A DNA stretch of 64,000 nt from an archaeon (GTDB lineage Archaea; Nanobdellota; Nanobdellia; Woesearchaeales; UBA9642). A model generated the notes under the pieces. It did not search any database. It was not told the DNA's origin and worked only from the letters and a program-made list of their open reading frames with translations. Position 1 is the first letter of the stretch, and each line of letters opens with the position of its first letter. The stretch spans positions 1 through 64,000 of the forward strand of contig JAGVGF010000004.1 of NCBI GenBank assembly GCA_020057295.1, written 5' to 3'. Made by a program: the position numbers and the translations under genes. Of this stretch, positions 58,432 to 64,000 are shown in pieces.

Positions 58432-59601
58432 ATGGGTATTAATATATTATATGTTGTTGGCGGATATGGTGGTGGCGTAAAAACTTATCTAGATAATTTG
58501 TCGCAACACCTATTAAAATCAGAAGCTGTAGATTCAATATCTATATTAACATTTGAGCAAGCAGGAAACTTGCCTTTAATAACTAATGGAAAATTAGAAT
58601 ATTCTATACTACCAACTAAAGATTTTGAAAAAACTATTGTCCGTAATTTATCTCCAAGAACGCTTGTTCGAGCCAATAGAAGTATCAAAGAAATTGTTAC
58701 ACAGAAAAAAATAGATTTATTTCATATTCATACACATAATATTCCTTTAGCAGATATTGCTACATTTACTTCTTTGACAAGAAATATTCCTTTAGTAGTA
58801 ACATATCATGGTAGTGATAAAAGATCTTTAAAAGCTCATATTTCAATTAACACATTCGGTCTTATACCAAAATATTTCGCTGACAAAAAATTTGCTGTAT
58901 CGCATGCTGCACAAAATATCTTAGGAAAGGATTCTGAAATTGTTGGTGTGCCAATACATGAAAGTTTTTATTCTGATCAATTTGAAAAAGGTTTTTTTTC
59001 CAGATACGGAATCCATGGAGAAAAGATAGTGTTTTATCCAGCAAGGATAGATCCTAAAAAAGGTCAAATGGATCTTGTTTTAGCAGAATATAAATTACTA
59101 AATGATGGATGTAGAATTCCTCACAAAATAGTTTTGGCTGGCGATGTTCAAGAAACAGCATATTTGAAATTATTACAATCAAAGATTTCAGAATATGGAT
59201 TAGGTCAAAATATTATTTTGACTGAAAGAATACCTTTTGAGCAAATGCACAATGCATATCATGGCAGTCTTATTCAAGCATTTCCAACAAGAGAAGAAGG
59301 GCTTCCGCAGATAATAATAGAGGCTGGATTATGCGGTGTTCCAACAATAGGTTCAACTGTTGGAGGTGTACCAGAATTGGTTCATGATGGAGTAAATGGT
59401 TATCTAATAACTTCTGGAGATGTAAATTCTTTAGAAGATAGATTGGTTTTTTTAATGAATCATGATGATGTGCGTAAAAGATTGGGAGATAATGCTAGAG
59501 TAGATTTCCTAGAAAAATTTAATGCTGCTCACGTTGCACAAAGACATTTAGATGTTTATTTAGGACTTATTAAAAAATCAGTTTCTTTAAATCTAAATTA
59601 A
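58432..59601 (+). CDS. Glycosyltransferase family 4
   Basis: GGGVKTY, ARIDPKKG, EGLPQIIIEA, GGVPE, NGYL. Confidence 0.9.
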   Translation: MGINILYVVGGYGGGVKTYLDNLSQHLLKSEAVDSISILTFEQAGNLPLITNGKLEYSILPTKDFEKTIVRNLSPRTLVRANRSIKEIVTQKKIDLFHIHTHNIPLADIATFTSLTRNIPLVVTYHGSDKRSLKAHISINTFGLIPKYFADKKFAVSHAAQNILGKDSEIVGVPIHESFYSDQFEKGFFSRYGIHGEKIVFYPARIDPKKGQMDLVLAEYKLLNDGCRIPHKIVLAGDVQETAYLKLLQSKISEYGLGQNIILTERIPFEQMHNAYHGSLIQAFPTREEGLPQIIIEAGLCGVPTIGSTVGGVPELVHDGVNGYLITSGDVNSLEDRLVFLMNHDDVRKRLGDNARVDFLEKFNAAHVAQRHLDVYLGLIKKSVSLNLN

Positions 59602-59616
59602 GAAATATGTAGTATT

Positions 59617-61359
59617 CTACTTTCCTATCTCTGCTATATTAATATTTTCTGGCAATACTTTTATACGCAATAGCGGGAATTCTAAATATTGTGTCGGAAA
59701 TTCAAATCTTGGATGTCCTCCATAATAAGTAGTTGTTCCTTTTTCCTGTGGTGTGGTTCTTCTGCTTACTTCCTTCCATCTGCTCTCTGTTTTTGCATAT
59801 CCTTGTAGATGTTTGAAGAAATATGTATGATTTTCAAGTATGTATACTGAACTTTCAGGATCTGAACCTAATTCTGTAAAAATATTTTCTAAATCTTTTC
59901 TAAATGCTCCTGAGAATTTTGCATCGGGATCTAATGGAGATTTTTCACAACATGATATTAAATTATTAGTCCAATTTTTTATCTGTGCATTACTGATTTT
60001 CACTCCAGTTTTTAAGTATTCTGTTACTGCTCTTGCACGTATAATATCTGCTGCTACATTGTCATGTATAGCTCCATCGATATCGTCGTACCGATATTTG
60101 AAATATTCTATATTTTCTTCTGGTGACTTTTCAAATACTGCAGCATTTTGTAGCATATAATCTAATTGTAATCTTTTATCTACTTCTGATTCTATATCTT
60201 GTAATCTTTTTTCTATATCGGAATTTATGAATTTTTTTAGAGCGACTAATTCCTTTTCTTTGCTGCTTTTTCTAAAAGCCTCTTTATATTTTGGTGCTAA
60301 TACAGTATCTTTTTCTACTATTGATACAATATAAGGATTTAATTTCTGTTTTATTTCATTTGCGTTGTATATTACTCTCTCAATTTCTATTGGTTCCCAA
60401 CTATTGGGATCTTTATCTAAATAAAATTTTGCTTCACGATCAGATATTCTATCTCCTATAAAATCCATATATTTTATCTGTGCGTCTCTCTGAATTTTTA
60501 TCAAATTATTCTGATATGAAATCATTTGATATGTCATAAATGGTATCAGTCCTATTATAGCATATTTGTTAATTTTTCTAACAACTTTTGCTGTTAAAGT
60601 CAATCCTTTATCTATCATTGTTCCAATTGTCATCTTTTTCTTTGTTTTAGGATTAAAATGTGTTATATCCTCAGATAATATTTTTTCAAGTGTATCTATT
60701 GTGAAATCTAACTTTTCATCAAGTGCTCTATCTAGAAATTTATTTATTTCAATATGTTCTGATTCTGCTCGGAAATGTTTTGGTATATATTCTTTTTTTG
60801 GTGATATGCGTGGTAGTATGTGCTTAAACGTTCTGCCTGTTGATTCTATTCCACTACTTGATTTTCCGTGATCTACTCTGTGTCTTAATTCTACTAAAGG
60901 CTTGTTTCTTTCATATTCTTCTGTTAATTGTTTTGAAAGCCCATCAATATGTGATAATAGTCTTTCTGGTACTTTGTTTCCATATTTGCTTAACATATTT
61001 GTTCTATATGTTTCTTGTCTAAATTTATTTGGACTTTCATAAATAGCTTGCAATAATCCGTTTAGGTTTTCACTTATACCTCTAATATTGCTGACTACAG
61101 ATTCGTATTTTCTTCTAATATCTCCTATATCTCTCTCGCTAGAAAATCCTATTGTTGCTCCTATTTTGAACATTCTGTATATTCTTTTAAGTTCTTTTTG
61201 ATGAATTGTTGCATCTTTTGCTGTAATTGATAGAAATGTTCCTAGATCTTCAATATCGTGTCTTCTATTTATTCCTGTTTTATCTCTTTCAACAATTACT
61301 CTTTCTTTTAATTCTTCAACTAGTCTTTCTAGTTTAGATACTTTACTTTCAAGATTCAT
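59617..61359 (-). CDS. Hypothetical protein: coiled-coil N-terminus and one central TM segment
   Basis: 580-aa ORF with hydrophobic YAIIGLIPFMTYQMI and a TATA-like sequence upstream. Confidence 0.7.
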   Translation of the reverse strand: MNLESKVSKLERLVEELKERVIVERDKTGINRRHDIEDLGTFLSITAKDATIHQKELKRIYRMFKIGATIGFSSERDIGDIRRKYESVVSNIRGISENLNGLLQAIYESPNKFRQETYRTNMLSKYGNKVPERLLSHIDGLSKQLTEEYERNKPLVELRHRVDHGKSSSGIESTGRTFKHILPRISPKKEYIPKHFRAESEHIEINKFLDRALDEKLDFTIDTLEKILSEDITHFNPKTKKKMTIGTMIDKGLTLTAKVVRKINKYAIIGLIPFMTYQMISYQNNLIKIQRDAQIKYMDFIGDRISDREAKFYLDKDPNSWEPIEIERVIYNANEIKQKLNPYIVSIVEKDTVLAPKYKEAFRKSSKEKELVALKKFINSDIEKRLQDIESEVDKRLQLDYMLQNAAVFEKSPEENIEYFKYRYDDIDGAIHDNVAADIIRARAVTEYLKTGVKISNAQIKNWTNNLISCCEKSPLDPDAKFSGAFRKDLENIFTELGSDPESSVYILENHTYFFKHLQGYAKTESRWKEVSRRTTPQEKGTTTYYGGHPRFEFPTQYLEFPLLRIKVLPENINIAEIGK

Positions 61360-61454
61360 ACTCTAAGAACTAGTTTTTTATTTATAAATCTTTCGATTTG
61401 TTGTCACTATTAAGTGATTAAATCTTTTTTTAGAATATTTTATAAAAAATAAAA

Positions 61455-63089
61455 TTAATATTCAGGCATTTGCATTCCTTGTTGTCCCATTGGTGGCTGT
61501 TTTCCGCCTGCAATTACATCATCAATTCGAAGTATCATTGTAACAACTTCTGATGCAGAACTAACAGCTTGAGTCTTGCTCTTCAATGGTTCAATTATTC
61601 CTTCATCCCATGCATTTATTACTTTTCCTGAGAATACATCTATTCCGGCCCAAACTTGCTTCTTTTCGTGTGCTGCCTTCATTGCAACAAGAATATCTAT
61701 TGGATCAAGACCAGCATTTTCTGCAAGTGTCTTTGGAACAATTTCCATACTATCAGCAAATGCTTGTACTGCTAATTGTTCTCTGCCTGATAATCCTTCT
61801 GAAAATTCTCGTAACTGTTTTGCAAGTTCTATCTCACAAGATCCTGCACCAGCAACAATTCTACCATATCTTAATGCAGAAATAATTCCGCCTATAGCAT
61901 CATCCATTGCTCTTTCAATTTCTGCAACAACATGTTCAGTTCCGCCTTTAACTAAAATAGTTACAGATTTTGCATTCTTACATTTCTTGACATAAGTCAT
62001 ATTTTCTCTACCATTATTTATTTCTTCAACAAATCCTGCATATCCTAAATCTTTAGCTGTTAAATCCTTAACATCAGTCAATATGCTTGCACCAGTTGCT
62101 CTTGCCAATTTTTCCATATCGCTCTTCTTAACTCGACGTACAGCATATATTCCTTTCTTTGCAAGGAAGTGTTGTGCCAAGTCATCGATGCCTTTTTGGC
62201 ATATTAAAACATTAGCTCCACTATTAACTATCCTGTCAACCATTCCCCTTAACATACGCTCTTCCATATCTAAGAATGCTTGCATCTTTTCAGGATCACT
62301 GATTTGAATTTTTGCGTCAATTTCAGTATTTTTTATTTCAATAGCAGAATCTATTAATGCAATCTTTGCATCCTTAACATTTGATGGCATACTAGAATGA
62401 ATTTTTTCTTTGTCTAATACTATTCCTTCAATTAATTCACTATCTTCAACAGATCCACCAACATTCTTTTCAATTTTAATATCGTTTTTATCAATGTGGA
62501 TTGTAACTTTTCCATTATCTTTACGTTTTTCAAGCACTGAAGTAGCTGCTTGAACAATTAAATCAGATAATATCTCTTTAGCAGATTCAGCTTCTTTACC
62601 GACGATTGCTGTAATCGCAATTCTTCTAAGTAAGTCTGTATCTGTATCAGTTATTGGTTTTGACATTTCATTTAATATTTGCATTGCTTTTTCTGTTGCA
62701 ATTTTATAACCTTTAACAATAACTGTTGGATGAATATTTCTATCAAGTAATGTTTCAGCATTTTTTAATAATTCTCCAGCTAGGACTACTGCAGTTGTTG
62801 TTCCATCACCAACTTCTGACTCTTGAGTTTTTGCAATTTCAACTAACATTTTTGCTGCAGGATGTTCAATAGACATTTCCTTAAGAATAGTTGCACCATC
62901 ATTAGTAATTATAACATCACCAAGAGAATCAACAATCATCTTATCCATCCCTTTTGGGCCAAGTGTTGTTCTTACGATATCAGAAACAATTTTTGCAGCC
63001 ATAATATTATTACGCTGTGCATTCTTGCCAGTAGTTCTTTGAGTATTTTCTGGAAGTATAAATATTGGTTGCATATTCTCTCTAGTCAT
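61455..63089 (-). CDS. ths: Thermosome (group II chaperonin) subunit
   Basis: [31 protein letters not shown]. Confidence 0.98.
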   Translation of the reverse strand: MTRENMQPIFILPENTQRTTGKNAQRNNIMAAKIVSDIVRTTLGPKGMDKMIVDSLGDVIITNDGATILKEMSIEHPAAKMLVEIAKTQESEVGDGTTTAVVLAGELLKNAETLLDRNIHPTVIVKGYKIATEKAMQILNEMSKPITDTDTDLLRRIAITAIVGKEAESAKEILSDLIVQAATSVLEKRKDNGKVTIHIDKNDIKIEKNVGGSVEDSELIEGIVLDKEKIHSSMPSNVKDAKIALIDSAIEIKNTEIDAKIQISDPEKMQAFLDMEERMLRGMVDRIVNSGANVLICQKGIDDLAQHFLAKKGIYAVRRVKKSDMEKLARATGASILTDVKDLTAKDLGYAGFVEEINNGRENMTYVKKCKNAKSVTILVKGGTEHVVAEIERAMDDAIGGIISALRYGRIVAGAGSCEIELAKQLREFSEGLSGREQLAVQAFADSMEIVPKTLAENAGLDPIDILVAMKAAHEKKQVWAGIDVFSGKVINAWDEGIIEPLKSKTQAVSSASEVVTMILRIDDVIAGGKQPPMGQQGMQMPEY

Positions 63090-63184
63090 TAAAATTCACC
63101 CCAACTATAATAATACACGTAGTACTATCTTCTTTATAAATTTTGTCAACAACCTTTTTATATAAGTTATATGATTATGTCTAC

Positions 63185-63748
63185 ATGATTATTACTATTT
63201 CTGGACTTGCAGGTTCGGGTAAGACCACTGTTTTAAAAGAATTAGCGAAGCGATTAAATTACAGTTTCTATGATATTGGAACCTTAAGGAAGAGAATGGC
63301 TAAAGAGCGTGGAATGACAATTGAAGAATTTAATAAACTTGGAGAAAAGGAATCATTCACAGATAACGATGCAGATAAATATCTAGAAAATTTAGGAAAA
63401 ACAGAAGACAATTTTGTTGTACAAGGAAGATTAGCATACTATTTCATACCACACTCAATAAAAATATTTTTGAATGTTACATTAGAGAAAGCTGCAGAAC
63501 GAATAATGAAAGATAGTGATAATCCTGAACGTAATAGCGAATCACAACATTCTTCGTTAGAAGTCATACGAAGATTATCTAAGGATAGAGATGATAGTGA
63601 TATAGTAAGATATAGAAAATGGTATGGGATAGAAAATTATCGTGACCCAAAGAATTACGATTTAATAATAGACACATCTAATATAACTGCTGACGAAGTA
63701 GTTCAGAAAATACTTGATTATACTAATTCTCAAACGCTGACTACTTAA
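63185..63748 (+). CDS. cmk: Cytidylate kinase, archaeal type
   Basis: IITISGLAGSGKTT, GRL, RYRKWYGI, YDLIIDTS. Confidence 0.9.
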   Translation: MIITISGLAGSGKTTVLKELAKRLNYSFYDIGTLRKRMAKERGMTIEEFNKLGEKESFTDNDADKYLENLGKTEDNFVVQGRLAYYFIPHSIKIFLNVTLEKAAERIMKDSDNPERNSESQHSSLEVIRRLSKDRDDSDIVRYRKWYGIENYRDPKNYDLIIDTSNITADEVVQKILDYTNSQTLTT

Positions 63749-63813
63749 GATTAAACAAACTTTTTAAATAAACTTCTAGTCCTTATGATATTAATATTTA
63801 TGAGGTAATTATA

Positions 63814-64000
63814 ATGGTTGACAAGATAAAGAAAGGCGATTTTGTAGAATTGGACTATACTGCAAAGATAGTTAATCTAGATAAGGTATTTGATACTACA
63901 CTAGAATCTGTAGCAAAAGACAAAGGCATTCATAATAAGGAAATAAAGTATAAGCCATTAGTAATTAAGGTTGGTGAAGGACATTTAGTAAAAGGACTTG
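63814..64000 (+). CDS. FKBP-type peptidyl-prolyl isomerase (SlyD-like), partial
   Basis: Manual translation: MVDKIKKGDFVELDYT...VFDTT...PLVIKVGEGHLVKGL. SD GAGGT. Runs off the right edge. Confidence 0.9.
   Translation, partial: MVDKIKKGDFVELDYTAKIVNLDKVFDTTLESVAKDKGIHNKEIKYKPLVIKVGEGHLVKGL

Noticed and set aside
6573-63092. Remaining ORF-track entries nested antisense or out of frame within long genes (e.g. 6573..7184, 31086..31490, 51677..52159, 61576..61995)
   Set aside because: They overlap well-supported genes and have the composition expected of shadow ORFs.
1-64000. CRISPR array, cas genes, integrase, transposase or provirus
   Set aside because: I saw no regularly spaced repeats and no such protein motifs. 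The only mobility trace is the tRNA-Gly 3' duplication.

Overview
This AT-rich window looks like ordinary chromosome from a small-genome archaeon, most likely DPANN/Woesearchaeota-like. That placement is inferred from aIF2-gamma, thermosome, TFS, SRP54, NMD3, PINA, Hel308, intron-containing tRNAs, TTTATAAA-type TATA boxes and an uS7 gene outside its usual operon. It holds about 55 protein genes and 5 tRNAs (Asn, Ile with intron, Gly, initiator Met, Ser with intron). I found no CRISPR array, rRNA, integrase or transposase. Three CDSs are missing from the ORF track: a >1600-aa subtilisin/Cys-rich surface protein (<1..4818, -), an FKBP/SlyD gene at the right edge, and a 35-aa small ORF with a structured leader. 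The best leads are: (1) an unassigned ~122-nt four-way-junction RNA with its own TATA box, lying between a TrmB/methyltransferase pair and a divergent nucleotidyltransferase pair that has a palindromic operator; (2) a Hel308 gene lacking its whole ATP-binding RecA1 domain; (3) a DenV + DUF6884-like + GIY-YIG-like cluster; (4) a PlsC-like acyltransferase + PIG-L deacetylase + GT4 cluster beside a duplicated tRNA-Gly 3' end; (5) a tandem ThyX with a dTMP-kinase-like partner that lacks the P-loop Lys; (6) several long structured 5' leaders. All family assignments come from motif recognition by eye and all RNA folds from manual pairing; no searches or computations were run.
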